DNA of 63,295 nt, filler included, from Octopus bimaculoides (GCF_001194135.2; 7 parts of 7 records of this genome joined end to end with filler, not necessarily neighbours in it), one strand, 5' to 3'; positions 36,501 to 50,818 are shown, numbered from the whole stretch's first letter. Made by a program: numbers and translations. Notes: generated by a model not told the origin, from the letters alone.

Positions 36501-37874
36501 GCTTGGAATTCCCCATTTGCCAAATAGGAAGACGCCACCAGCTTCGAAAAGCGTTACGGACACGGCTGGAACCAATGTAAGGGGGATAAGCAGGCCCCGC
36601 CCGAAGGCTTACCGGTAGGGGTTTGTTCCGGGTATTTTTCTATTTACAAAGCTAAGTAAGGTCTTCCTCCTTCCAGTTGTAGAGATGTTAAGTGCCTCCG
36701 GCCATTTGAATCTGACGAGTTACCTATACACTTGAGCACTTTATATGTATGAAATCAATGGTCAACAAACAATCTTCGAAATATACATACATACATACAT
36801 ACATACATACATACNNNNNNNNNNNNNNNNNNNNNNNNNNNNNNNNNNNNNNNNNNNNNNNNNNNNNNNNNNNNNNNNNNNNNNNNNNNNNNNNNNNNNN
36901 NNNNNNNNNNNNNNTATATACACACACATATGTAACGATAAAGTTTTAAATTTGTGTAGCGATACCTGTTATGGTACAACATCGAGATCGCCAGTTTGTA
37001 ACGATAATAATTTGTTGTTATAACGGCATGTAGAATGGAGTTTTTAAGAAAATATTTATTTACCATTACATTACAATACCTTGTCTTGACGGGCAGGTTA
37101 TGATAAATCCAAAAACATGCGAAGTGAAGTTTGTGTTTGTGTCCTCTTCATCGTTTAGTAGTAATTACAGATAGCGATAGAATGATGTTGTAAGAGAACA
37201 GAATTAGAGCTAGTGAAAGTTGTAGGGTGTGGCACGTTGTCACAGTTGCTGACAGTAAACTTCATTTCTCCCTTTGACCAAGGTTCTAGCTAGTCAGCTA
37301 GACTTCGTTCTCACTGAGTCGTCACTTTGTGACTGGACTCGTTGAGTCGTCAAACTGATTTTTGCTTGGGTATTTTTTTTTTGCTTTTATAACTATCTAG
37401 AAGGATAGACATATCATTGAGAACAATAGATTTAGTTGGTGGTCTTGTTATCTCTATACTAGCTTTTGGTGAAATAGAAGAGGTTAGAAAGGGTCAAGTG
37501 GCGAAGACATTATTTCGGCCTAGCTAAAGGCATCTGGAAAATGTAAAACTGCTGTAACAGAAAAACCATTGTTCCACCGTAGGAAAAGTTCTGTTGCAGT
37601 GTTAATTTAAATTTGGCTATGGTGGATCGAATCCACTTCATGCATGCATGATCCACTACATATACATACATACATACATACATACATAAATACATACATA
37701 CATACATACATACATACATACATACATACATACATACAACCAGTAAAGCGAGTAGCCACATCAAAAGGCAGATGATTGTTACTACTAGTTTAACCCCAGG
37801 CGGATTTTCCGCCAGATGGTATCACTCCACTAGTTAGTCTCTTCTTGAGATTTTATAACTAGCTAGTTTGCTTC

Positions 37875-38075
37875 ATCATCATCATCATCATCATTTAACG
37901 TCCGTTTTCCATGCTGGCATGGGTTGGACGGTTTGACTGAGGTCTGGAGAGCCAGCGGCTGCACCAGGCTCCAATCAAATCTGGCAACGTTTCTACAGCT
38001 GGATTGCCCTTTCTAATGCTAACCACTCCGAGAGTGTGGTGGGTGCTTTTTACGTGCCACCGGCACAGAAGTCAG
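37875..38075 (-). mobile_element. SINE copy (GGAAGGGCATCCAGC family), antisense
   Basis: Reverse complement of 14716-14908, preceded on the + strand by (CAT)n. Confidence 0.75.
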
Positions 38076-38287
38076 TCAGGCGGGCCTGTCATCGATCACG
38101 TTCGGATAGTGCGTTTTACGTGCCATATATATATACGAAACACGTGTAGTCGTTTTAGTATCATTATCTTATGATGTTTACTTTGTATTATATTATACTT
38201 ATTTATTGTGCTTTTACTTATTAATTTTTCTACATGTGACAGTGGATTTTCATCGATGAGTTCATGAACCTTGGTTCTTTTCCCTAA

Positions 38288-38318
<31 letters not shown>

Positions 38319-38595
38319 GCAATAAGAAAATGGAGGGGATCAAGAAGTGGTATTGATCAACTTTTAGACATTATATTATGTCTATTCATTTATTTTTTTA
38401 AAAAGACAATTATAACAATATACATACATGTATAACATATTATGCTTTACATATATAATATATAAAATATATAAAAATATAAAAAATTGACCCCAACACA
38501 TACCACGAACTCATATATATAGGGAAATAACAAAAAGATATAAGGTAGTACCTAATACCACACTAAGAAGGATAAACCTAGAAACCAGAAATATT

Positions 38596-38853
38596 ATGCT
38601 AGATTTTAATTTAGGTGATAAAACTGAACCGTTTACTCCTATTAGACCACGTATAACAATTAAAGACCACAAGGAAAACTTCCCTAACAAAACACAGGTT
38701 AGACTAATATGTCCCAATAAATCTGACATAGGTAAACTTAGTAAAATAATATTAGATAAATACCTACCAACACTTAAAAATAAAGTTAGACTGCATCTAT
38801 GGAAAAAACACAGAAGGTGCATTAAATTGGTTATGACTTGTAGTACCAACTGA
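38596..38853 (+). mobile_element. Penelope-like reverse transcriptase N-terminal fragment
   Basis: Reads ITIKDHKENFPNKTQVRLICPNKSDIGKLSKIILD...HLWK, matching the KDHK...RLI.P.KSxIG..SK.ILD motif of PLE RTs. Confidence 0.7.
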
Positions 38854-39076
38854 TATCACAGATATTAATATAAACTCTAACCCACTTATTGTGGACTTTT
38901 GCCTATAGCTCTCAATAGAAAACATATCACATATTTATATGAATATATATATGTTTGTGTATAATTATTATAATCATATAAAAAGAATAATACGAACTGC
39001 TGCAATAATACTCCCTTCTCAACACATGTAATATGTATGTACCTATGGGTATGTTTGTACGTAAATATATATGTGT

Positions 39077-39116
<40 letters not shown>

Positions 39117-39128
39117 TCCTCATGTATA

Positions 39129-39228
39129 NNNNNNNNNNNNNNNNNNNNNNNNNNNNNNNNNNNNNNNNNNNNTTAATTAATTAANNNNNNNNNNNNNNNN
39201 NNNNNNNNNNNNNNNNNNNNNNNNNNNN
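39129..39228. other. Artificial contig-joining spacer
   Basis: 44 N + TTAATTAATTAA (39173-39184) + 44 N. Confidence 0.95.
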
Positions 39229-39595
39229 GAAAAGAAATGGAAAAACTTTCAAAATACAAAGACCTGGAAATAGAGATAACTCGAATGTGGAGTCTAAAAA
39301 CAGAAACAATTCCTATCATAGTAGGTGCCTTAGGTATAATTAAAAAATACTCAGACAAATACATAACAAAAATACCAGGACTTACAAATATATGTAACAT
39401 ACAGAAAATTGCACTACTGGGTACTGCACACATTCTACGCAAAACACTTTCAATACAGTAAACATAAAAGCACCACAGCAAACCACAGCACATACCCAAG
39501 GCGCACAGAGCTGCGCTCGGTAGTGAAGTGAAAGCACGTTATAAAAATAAAACTACTGAACAATAATAATAATAATAATGATAATGATAATAATA
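39229..39595 (+). mobile_element. 3' end of an RLE-type non-LTR retrotransposon (R4/Dong-like) with (AAT)n tail
   Basis: Open frame EKLSKYKDLEIEITRMWSLKTETIPIIVGALG...IQKIALLGTAHILRKTLSIQ*, then a short 3' UTR and (AAT)n at 39562-39595. Confidence 0.8.
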
Positions 39596-40850
39596 CTTAA
39601 GCAGGAAAGAATGTTACAGGTGAGTTCGAGCAGTCCTAAATCCGAGTTAAATACACATAACAATGTGTTAGCTGTAAATTCTTCAGCAGTTCTGGTTGTT
39701 ATTTACAGTTTGTATGAGTTGAACTGGAATATGAGCGAATTAAGAAAGATTGACAGGAAAATCCATAACCTGCTGACTTGCAATAAGTTGCAACACCTAA
39801 AGGCAGACAGCAGATAGTCTATACCTACCCAGAGCTCAAGGAGATCGGGCCCAGATCCAATTTGAAATCTCTTACAAAATTCCACAATAAGACTGGCAAA
39901 ATATTTTGAAATATCTAACAACTGGATGCTAAAGCTCGTTTAAACCCATGAAAGACGTAAGAAGCTTCGTTCTGTTATGAAGCAGAGCAAAACTTTTCAA
40001 GTGAGTTTATGCATAATACCCAGGTTGAACACCATGAACTGTAGTTGCAAAGAAGGTGTAATCAATAGTAAAGCAAAATGCGTTTGAACAATTGGCTGAT
40101 AGCTGGGTACAAAAACCTCTGCATGGCAAATATGCGACCCGTAGCAAACAAGCTGGTGTAGACCAGAAGCACTACCATCAGTGGCTACGGAGCTGAGAGC
40201 TAAAGGCAGAGAGTGAAGGCTTTATGTTGGTTGCCCAAGATCAGAGCTTATTGGCCCGGAACTATCAAGCCAATGTGATGAAAAATGGTGTAGAGTCAAA
40301 GTGCCGATCCTGCAACGAAGGGATTGCAACACTGGACCACCTAATCTCTGGGTGTAAAGTTTTAGCACCTGTAGAGTACAAATCAAGACATGACAGAGTT
40401 GATGTGTCGGCATTATAAAATCGAAACTACTGACAAATAGTACAAGCACCACCGTGTGGCTGTAACTGAGGGAAAAAATATAACGATTCTTTAGAACTTT
40501 CCATTCGGTACAGACCGGACCGTCAAAGCAAATAAACCAGATATTGTTGTGAAAGACCAAAACAATAAAGTTTGTTTATTGATTGACATGTGCATACTCT
40601 GTGACCATAATATCTCGGCAAAAGATTTTGATAAGTACATAGAATATAAAGATTTGCTGATCGGAATCGAGAAGATGCAGCATCTCAAGACGTTTACAAT
40701 AGTGATTGTAGGATCACTTGCAATGATCAAAAAAAGGAACTGTAAATTATTTAAGAATGAATCTTGACTTACCATCCATGCAGAAAGTGCAAAAGATCGT
40801 CTTCACTGGTACGTCACACTTTCTGAGACGAGCAGTGATGCTGTGAAATT
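39596..40850 (+). mobile_element. Older decayed RLE-type LINE: RT C-terminus, CCHC knuckle and endonuclease
   Basis: LKAESEGFMLVAQDQSL, CRSCNEGIATLDHLISGC (CX2CX8HX4C) and KPDIVVKD...LLIDM...KYIEYKDL, with multiple stops and frameshifts. Confidence 0.8.
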
Positions 40851-40884
40851 TCTTTTTCTTTTACCTTTGTATTTTCCTTTTTTT

Positions 40885-41067
40885 ATTTCTTTTGACTGCG
40901 GCCATGCTTGAGCACTGGTTTAGTTGAACAAATCGACCCCAGGACTTATTCCTTGAAAGCCTAGTACTTATTCTATCGGTATCTTTTGCCGGACCGCTAA
41001 TTGACGGTGACGTAAATACATCAGAATNNNNNNNNNNNNNNNNNNNNNNNNNNNNNNNNNNNNNNNA

Positions 41068-41110
<43 letters not shown>

Positions 41111-41250
41111 GACAGACTTCTTTCTGTTTCCGTCTACCAAATCCACGCACAAGACTTTGGTCGGCCCGAGGCTATAGTAAAAGACACTTGCCCAAGATGC
41201 CATGTATACCAACCATTTGGTTGGTATGCAAGTTACATACCACACAGGCA
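40885..41250 (-). mobile_element. CORE-like SINE, antisense, near full length
   Basis: Reverse complement of the 10545-10878 family with an internal (TA)n. Confidence 0.75.
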
Positions 41251-41649
41251 CACTTTTTTATTATTTTTTCTGTCTGTTTTTCTTCCCCTTTTTGTCTAAC
41301 ACATAACTTTGTAAATGAACAATCTGGTGTGTTTATTTTAATAGCCTCCCAATGTATACATTGTTTTTCTCTGCCCTAGCTGTCAGGGAGACACTCGGCA
41401 AGAAATAGAAACAGAATTGAAAGATGATAATGAAAATAATAATAATAGTAGTAATAATGGCTTCAAATTTTGGCACTAGGTCAGCATGTTTGTGGGGGTG
41501 AGGATGTATCGATAACATCGATCCCAGTGCTCAACCAATTCTTATTTTATGTAACCTGCAAGGATAAAAGGCAAAGTCGACGGCGGCGAAATTTGAACTC
41601 AGATATATAGACGGACAAAATGCTGTTAAACATTTTATATATATATATA

Positions 41650-42446
41650 TATCGCCCCTCTTCAATTCACAGTTGTGTGGAGGCATACGGGACGGTTCCA
41701 GGCTGTTGAGGAATTCAACAGGATAATGAACAGCATCATCCTAGTTGACAATTTTGTCGATAGATTTATAGATGTGGCTACCTCCAGGAATCATTTGTAA
41801 GAGATTTCTGTTGATGGTATTTACTGTAATATTTTGGGGAGCTAAGATTGCTTGTTCACACAGCCACTCCTCGTTGACATGGTGAATTTCGACCTTTGGG
41901 AACACTTGATGAATGAAGGTATCAATGCTTTCCACAATAGTACAAAATGATGAGGAATCAAAACACTTTTCAGTATCGAGGGATGATTTGCCTTCATCAA
42001 GTTTTAGGTTTTGAGCAAACTCTACAGAAACGTCGTCACCGTAAACGTCTGTCCTCAGGTGTGTTCGGAACCTGAGTTTGGTGACACATGGTCATAAAGT
42101 TGACGATTTTAGGCAACCTCTTAATCTGCGTGAGTTCCCTTTGATATCGCAGGTAAAGCTTGTCGGAAATGCCCTGATAAAACAACAGTGATTCTTCCTA
42201 TGATTGTTATGCTGTTCCGTATATTTTTCAGTGTTTTGACCAAGGATTCTAATACGTGTCTGTGTGTCATTGTGCATTCATCCCCCAAAATTGCCACACA
42301 TTTTTTGCAATATTTGGGCAGCTCCTGAGTCCTTCTTTATATGACACACTGACATTTCAGTGAAACTGAGACCGAAGTCCAATTTGAAACAGAATGAGCT
42401 GTCCGACCTCCAGGTAAATGTGTAGTGGAAATTCCACATGAAGCAA
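41650..42446 (-). mobile_element. Decayed Helitron Pif1 helicase (central motifs)
   Basis: On the minus strand: ASCGI...LPGGRTAHS, DECTMTHR (motif II), LSGHFRQALP (motif III), WLCEQAILAPQN, YKSID and YPVEFLNSLEP, with stops and frameshifts. Confidence 0.85.
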
Positions 42447-43996
42447 CCAGGCCCGCTAGTATGTGTGTGTATGTGAGTATGCGTGCATGCGCGCGCGAGC
42501 GTCTTTCGTGACGCCCCCTTCTGTCTCACGTAAAATTTCTATAGAGAGAAAAGAAGTAGAGGTAGTGAGAGAGGGACACATATACAACCAGAGAAAAAGA
42601 GAGAGGGAGATAGTGAGAGAGATAGAAATATAGAGTGACATATAGACAGAGAGAAATCAGAGGTTCGGAGAAAGTTTAAGGTGGATTGAGTGATAGGTCG
42701 AGTATTTTTTCACTCTATAGAAAGCATTACGGCGAAATAGATACTACGTGGACTGATAGAAATAGCAGCCAATACATCACCAATCTGTTCTCCACGCACA
42801 CACACATATTTGGCTTTCGGAAAATAAGGGAATATTTATCTGCGGAATGGTAAATTAATTTAGATGACACCAAAAACCTGAAATATTATAAATCTTATTT
42901 AGTGTTTTCAGCGGTCAAAGTACGGACAAACAAACAAATTTTGCTATTTATAAGGATATAGATATACTTATTAAAGTACATTTCCTTCGTAGTCATTTAG
43001 AAGACTTCCCTGTCAATTTAGAGACTTCAAATGAAACGATAGTAGATTGTTTCCACTAACGTACAGAGACTATAGAGAAACTGATTATAAAGTCATTTGT
43101 ATACCATTATGAAAGACACACTACAGTTCGGGCTTAATAAATTGAACTAAACAGAAAAGGTCAGAGTTAATTATCTTCGAAGATTTAGCATCTTATTGAA
43201 GCAATACACTCACCTAACCAAACGTTTTATATTAATTTTATACGTTGAATCGTTGAATTAATAGTCAATGGATGGACTTTATTGAGCGGAAGATGATTTT
43301 TGTTTTCAATGTATCGCTGTGTTTACTGCCACGTGTATCCTTGGACTGATATTCCGAGTATCTTTCTAATTTTATTTTGACTGCTTAGTGAAAAGCCAAT
43401 TATACTTGTGGAGAAAATTGTGTAATTTTAAAGATTTTTTTAACTAAAAATCTATCTAAATTTGATATAAATGTAATGCTGTGTCAAATATGTATGGGAA
43501 AAGGGCCAGCTCTTTTAAAACAATTACAGTGGTGCTCTATAGTAAACCTAACACTAAGTAATTTGAACTTCTGTTCTATCAATATCCGGACTATATTGAT
43601 AAAATATGAAGATTTTATTCCGAAAATTTTGAAAAGCTATGCAAATTATATGAGCAGATTTCAAATTACTGCTGAATAATTAAAGAGGATGGGAAACTTT
43701 CAAAAGAAAATCAGGATGAACTTTTGAAATGAGTTGTACTTCACAAAGTTAGACATTCCCAAAATAAGCGCATATGCGCCATTTTATTTCTATGGTAAAG
43801 AATACAATGTATACATATGTGTATTTGAATTTGTGATAACCTGCTTTTTACATACACACATATATACTTGCATGCATATAAACGCACACACACAAACACA
43901 CACACAAAAGAACAGACAGACAGTTTGAGAAAGAAAGAGAGAGGTGGTACATAAAAAGGGAAGCGGGACGATTTACTCTCACTTTTTCTCTGATGA

Positions 43997-44073
<77 letters not shown>

Positions 44074-44271
44074 NNNNNNNNNNATACATACATACATGCA
44101 TTCATACATGCATACATACACACACATAGATAGATAGGGAGAGAAGGGAAGAAAAGAGAGAGTGATACATATATACATGCATACATAGAAACATGCATAC
44201 ATACAAGCATAGATACATACATGCATGCATGCATACATACATACATACATACATACATGCATACGCACACT

Positions 44272-44334
<63 letters not shown>

Positions 44335-44899
44335 GTAATGATTCATTTGTTGATGAAAAGTTCCATAAAATCTAGATTCATTTCAGCCATATTCTGTATG
44401 AATTTGCAATAGTAATTATTTCATTTTAATATCTGCAATAGAACCCCACACGAGCAATAATCACAGGAAACTAATAATATATCAATTAGGATACATGCCT
44501 TGATTATACTACATTCTTATGGTTATTAACAGCTTAACTGAGTCCGTGAAGAGATGCAATATATGACAGATGATTACTTAACGTTGTTAAGATTATAAAT
44601 TTCACCAAAAGCACTTAAAATATTATCAATCAGGGAAGGTTTAATAATTTATTATCTGAACGGTACTGAGTTACATATTTTTGTTGAGCTTCATAAGAAG
44701 ATAATGAAAATCTTTATTAAAAACGGTACAGAAATTGTATGCAATTTACACCTTGTATTCTAAACATGCATATGCTGTACTATTATACACAAGAATGAGG
44801 ATAGAAGCAATAAGCCTTGTGACTATATTTGCCAATTATGCATAAATGTACATATGCGTGTGTGTAACGCGCGCGTGTGTATGTGAGTATATGTGAGAG

Positions 44900-44933
<34 letters not shown>

Positions 44934-47066
44934 TTGGTGCGTGTATATATATATACATATACATACATATATGTATATACATACATATATATTTATATAC
45001 ATATACATTATATATATATACATATGTATATATATATGTCCATATCTAACTATGTGTGTATAGTCAACAGATGAGATCTAGAGATGCTCGATATATTAAA
45101 AAAATTATTAATGCTCAAATGATTTCAACTTTCATTCCGAACTGTTTTTGTGAACTGTATCTGTCAGCATCATGAAGTAACTCCGAGTCTCCAGAAACAG
45201 TTGTCGGACCTGTACCTTTATACCTTCTCCGCTTTCAGTTTTCTGCGTCTTTGTACACTGTGTGAGTTTGCTCTATTACTACGTAAATATTTATATATTT
45301 ATAACCGAATATTCATCGTCTGAAAAATGTTCAGTCTTTCCCCCGTGTACTTCGGTTTAAGAATATTAAATCGTTCTTGCAACCCGTTCGTGACCGGAGA
45401 TTTTCCTAAACCGAAACCTTCTCATACAAAGTTCAAGAAACAGTACGGCGAGCTCGAGGCAATCTACATTGACCGAAGCCTAAACAGCAACTAACGTCCT
45501 CCCGCCAATACTCCCAAACTGTAGCCAACCGTTGTAGCCGGCTTGCGTTTTGGTTAATCGAGACACCGTGCCACGACCGAGACATTTTATTTAGAAAAAC
45601 TGTTTGTAAACTAATTTGTTCTGGTTAAAAGGTATTCGTCATATATATATATATANNNNNNNNNNNNNNNNNNNNNNNNNNNNNNNNNNNNNNNNNNNNN
45701 NNNNNNNNNNNNNNNNNNNNNNNNNNNNNNNNNNNNNNNNNNNNNNNNNNNNNNNNNNNNNNNNNNNNNNNNNNNNNNNNNNNNNNNNNNNNNNNNNNNN
45801 NNNNNNNNNNNNNNNNNNNNNNNNNNNNNNNNNNNNNNNNNNNNNNNNNNNNNNNNNNNNNNNNNNNNNNNTATATAAATATATATATATATATACAATT
45901 GAAATTTAAAAACTGAAGACGAAGACAGGTGTATGAACAACAAGGAAGTGTATTTGTTTGACACTCACGAAAATGAAAAAAGCCCTTTACGTTTCGAGCC
46001 TATGCTCTTCAAGAGAAAGAAATAAGAGGAAAAAAACAGAGAGACAATGAAAGGAACTTGTAGATTCCAGCGGTCCAGCATATTTATGTAGAATGTTGAA
46101 AAGTGACACACGAGTTGGTATGTATAAGGAAAATAAGACAAGGTAGAAAATGCTAAAATAATTTTATCATGAAATACATTTTGTAATCGTTAGTACTGGT
46201 TTCTGTCTTTTCGACTTTTTGAACTAAGAGTAAAACAAAGGTGTTTTGTGTATTCTTGTACATCCAGTGGCTAGATAAAAATTCTAAGTTTTTATCAATG
46301 TTTTCTATGTAAAAATAAATGCATTGAATTATTCTTCATTGTTTTATGCATGCTTATACCGAGAATCAAATATTGATATTTATCTATACACTTTTATTTA
46401 AAATGGAGGAAAAGTACACCTTCTATGAAGTAGTGTGTGTGTGTGTGTGTGTCAGTTTGTGTGTGTGTTAGAAAATGCTAAAATGATTTTCGACTTCTTC
46501 AACTAAAACACAGGTAGATATTAATTAAGAAGAAAAACAATTAAATTGAAGAAAAAATTAAATTAAATGCTTTATAAATATTTCCGATGTCTTCAAATAA
46601 GTTGGACNNNNNNNNNNNNNNNNNNNNNNNNNNNNNNNNNNNNNNNNNNNNNNNNNNNNNNNNNNNNNNNNNNNNNNNNNNNNNNNNNNNNNNNNNNNNN
46701 NNNNNNNNNNNNNNNNNNNNNNNNNNNNNNNNNNNNNNNNNNNNNNNNNNNNNNNNNNNNNNNNNNNNNNNNNNNNNNNNNNNNNNNNNNNNNNNNNNNN
46801 NNNNNNNNNNNNNNNNNNNNNNNNNNNNNNNNNNNNNNNNNNNNNNNNNNNNNNNNNNNNNNNNNNNNNNNNNNNNNNNNNNNNNNNNNNNNNNNNNNNN
46901 NNNNNNNNNNNNNNNNNNNNNGTGAAGGTTCGTAAGGTAGGTAGTAGCAGATCTGAAAAAATTGCGTCTATGATGCAAAAATATTTTTGATTCTGAAGTT
47001 TAAGCAGAAGAAGAAGAAGAAGAAGAAGAAGAAGAAGAAGAAGAAGAAGAAGAAGAAGAAGAAGAA

Positions 47067-47102
<36 letters not shown>

Positions 47103-47145
47103 GATTATGATGATGATGATGATGATGATGACGACGACGACGACA

Positions 47146-47763
47146 ACGGGAGTGGTATTACCCAGTAGTAAAGGCTGTCCGTAGAATCTGCTTTAATAGT
47201 CATGTGGCCTCACAGTGACTTGTTGGGGTTGTAGTAGCAGTAGTAGTAGTAAATTCGTGGCTAGCGACCGTTCTGAATATATCTATCCTTTTTAATATTT
47301 CCGTGGGTATTATTCTAAGATTCCTGTAGTAGTTTCAAATGTAGTGCAACCATTCAAAAGAGGTTAACATTTTGCGATATAAAGTGATTCTTTACTAATG
47401 CGCTAATTATAGATTGCATTGTCCCTAAAATTACAGAGGGGAAAATTCTGAAGTTGGGTTATAAATTTAGGGACAATGCAACCTTATAATCAGCGCATTG
47501 GAATAGAATGATATTTTATCGCAAAATATGTATTTTTTTTTAATGCTTCCACCGCAGATGACACTACTACAGAGATCTTAGAATAATACCCACGCAAATA
47601 TTAAAAATGATAGATATATTTAGAACAGTCGCTACTCATGGATTTATTTAGAACAATCTCTACTACTACTGCTACTATAACCACAACAGATCACTTTGAG
47701 GTCACTTGACCATTAAAGCAGATTCCACGCACGACTTTTACCGCAGGATAATACTACTCCCGT
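47146..47763. mobile_element. 618-bp foldback / long imperfect inverted repeat (MITE-like)
   Basis: Left arm 47146-47433 aligns with the reverse complement of right arm 47461-47763 along its whole length, e.g. ACGGGAGTGGTATTA / TAATACTACTCCCGT, AATCTGCTTTAAT / ATTAAAGCAGATT and TTGCATTGTCCCTAAA / TTTAGGGACAATGCAA. Confidence 0.85.
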
Positions 47764-47982
47764 CTTTTTTTTTTATATTTTTCTTTCTTTTCCTATTCTA
47801 TGTCTCTAATGCTTTCTACAGAGTGAAAAAATACTCCACCTATCATTCAATCCATCTCCAGCTTTCTCATTTTTTTCCTTTGACGTCACCACCGTTTCCT
47901 CTCTGGTTGTATATGTGTCCCTTTCTCACTACCTCAACCTCTTTTTCTCACTAGATAAAAATTACGTGAGACAGAGGGGGAA

Positions 47983-48038
<56 letters not shown>

Positions 48039-48479
48039 NNNNNNNNNNNNNNNNNNNNNNNNNNNNNNNNNNNNNNNNNNNNNNNNNNNNNNNNNNNNNN
48101 NNNNNNNNNNNNNNNNNNNNNNNNNNNNNNNNNNNNNNNNNNNNNNNNNNNNNNNNNNNNNNNNNNNNNNNNNNNNNNNNNNNNNNNNNNNNNNNNNNNN
48201 NNNNNNNNNNNNNNNNNNNNNNNNNNNNNNNNNNNNNNNNNNNNNNNNNNNNNNNNNNNNNNNNNNNNNNNNNNNNNNNNNNNNNNNNNNNNNNNNNNNN
48301 NNNNNNNNNNNNNNNNNNNNNNNNNNNNNNNNNNNNNNNNNNNNNNNNNNNNNNNNNNNNNTATATATATATATATATACTTTAAACAGAACCCTTGATT
48401 CAATAACACTGTGTATAAACTCTGTGTTTAGAATGACCAAGTTAGATAATTTCTGGGGTTTTTTTCCTGGTTTTTAAGT

Positions 48480-49600
48480 TCGTTTGGGATTTTGGTTTCC
48501 CTAAGTTTTGCTGTGACTCTAGAAGATTTTCATAAACTTTCTTCACTATTACCTGCATAGGTGTCTATATCCATTCTAGCTAACTCCACGCAGTCTTCTA
48601 CTGATATTAACCCTCTTCTGTCGTTCTATCTAGGTAAGTATACTCTTGCTACCCTTGCCCTTGGGTGAAGTCCTCCGCTGCTGAGTATCAAAGTAATGAT
48701 ACTGCCCAAGTATTTACAGCCTTCACTAGATTCGGACCATTTAGTTTTTGACTTCATTAGCTTCCTCACCCTTCTGGTGTACGCCTTCTCAATTTTCGTC
48801 TTCATTTCTATTGTTAGTACTCTGTCAGATTCTAATACTCCTAGATACTTATAACTCTCTCCTCTTTTCAATGATTTTAATGTCTGTCCATCTGGTAATA
48901 GGATGCCTTCGCTGTTGACTACCTCTCCCATTCTCATGACTAATATCGTACATTTATCTATGCCAAATCCCATGCCTATATCTTTGCTGAAGAGTCTTAC
49001 AGTCTGTATTAAGGAATCTATCTCTTTTTCATTCTTACTAAAAATCCTCAGATCATCCACGCAGAGCAAATGGTTAATTTTTCCCTTCCTATTTCTGAAC
49101 TGATACCCTGCCTTTGCCTTCCTTAATACTAAACTGAGGGGGATCAAACATAAGACAAATATTAAAGGGGACAATGAGTCCCCCTGAAAATTCCTCTTTT
49201 GATATTAACCTTCCCTAAAACTGTGCCACCTGAGTAGAGATCTACTTTCCATTTCTTCAGGCTGAAGCTAATGAATTCTCTTATGTTGTCTGCTATACTG
49301 AATATACTCCAACATTCACTTATCCATGAGTGTGGGATCATGTCATAGGTTTTCCTATAATCTATCCATGCTATTCCTATATTTTTTTCTCTCTAGATTT
49401 TACTTCATTTAGAACAGCTTTGTCAATGTATAATAGATCATGTGCATTCCTCTAGCCTTCTTCCAGCAACCTTTCTGTTTTTCTAGCAGTAAATTCTGGT
49501 TGTTGAAGTGCTCGTAAATGCTTTCTGTAAACATTCCTTTTAACAGCTTCCACACTAATGGTAAGCAAATGATTGGTCTATAGTTGGTAGCTCCTCCCTA
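48480..49600 (-). mobile_element. RLE-type (R4/Dong-like) LINE reverse transcriptase domain
   Basis: On the minus strand: NYRPIICLP..WKL, WIDYRKTYDMIPHSW, GIFQGDSLSPLIFVLCLIPL, NHLLCVDDL, FGIDKC and YKYLG, with a few frameshifts. Confidence 0.9.
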
Positions 49601-50644
49601 CTCTAGTATCTGCTGATGGTGTATTAGGATAACAGCTACGATCAGTCTTCATCTTTACTGAACTACTGCCGAACGAGAGGCATTCCCTTAAAACTCCAGC
49701 TTCATTTTCGTTGTTAACTCCAGAGTTTCTTCGTAAACGCCTGTCTCTCATAAACTGAGATAAGGTAACGTTCGTCACCAACGTCATTACTATTATTTTT
49801 CGACATCTGATTGTTTCAAGCAACTTTTTATTGCAGCATTTGTTCGCTTTTGTGCTGGTGGGGTGGTATGTGCTGCATTTCTTTTTTGGTGGGCTTGGAT
49901 ATTGTATTGTATCAGTATGTTTTGTTATGGGGTATGATTTCAGTCTTCTGTTGTACTCGTTTTTGTATTGTGTGTTGTTTGTGCAATGCATGTTGTGTTT
50001 TTCTGAGAGGAATCGGCTTTCTATGGCACATGTTGTGGGCTTTGTTCATTTTGTTGGGTATTTAAGGTATGACTTTATTCCTACATGTTTTTGGAGCAGT
50101 TTTGCATAGTACTATGTAAAGCATACACCAATTATTTCATAGTATTTATGGTTATATGTCCATCGGTCTTTCTCTTTTGGTTGGTTTTGTTACGGGTCCG
50201 ATTTTATAGCATTTACCTTTTTTTAACTAAACATCGCCTATGGACATGTGTTGATGTTTCTTTCATAGCTATAATTATTATTGATGTATCAGCGAAAGAC
50301 CCAGAAAAAATAACAATAAGCACATTTATAGAGGTCTTGTATAAAAATGGATGTATATGTAATTAAAATATAAAATTTAAAATTTTACTCACTACAGTTT
50401 TCGTATAGAAATATTGCAGTTCGTGTTTACATTTTTACGCTCATGTTGCTGTGGCGGTGCATCTGAGGAAAGCTAAATTTTGTATATATATGCTCCATAT
50501 AAGAAACATCTTCCAGCTTTCTTTTATTGTTTTATTGCTTCTGCGGATTGTTAATTCCTGCTTCGCGATGGTTGCAGATTTGATCTATGTTCCCGGCAGA
50601 TTGCTGTCACACGTCCAATAATAATAATAATAATAATAATAATA

Positions 50645-50704
<60 letters not shown>

Positions 50705-50776
50705 TATTATTATTATTATTATTATCATTACTGAGTGAGACAACAGTGCATGCCATCAAATTAACACTGGGGTAAA

Positions 50777-50818
<42 letters not shown>

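Noticed and set aside
49590-49760. Host exon (minus strand FMRDRRLRRNSG... or plus strand LRSVFIFTELL...)
   Set aside because: Both strands give plausible but unrecognisable frames with weak splice sites, directly abutting a LINE fragment.
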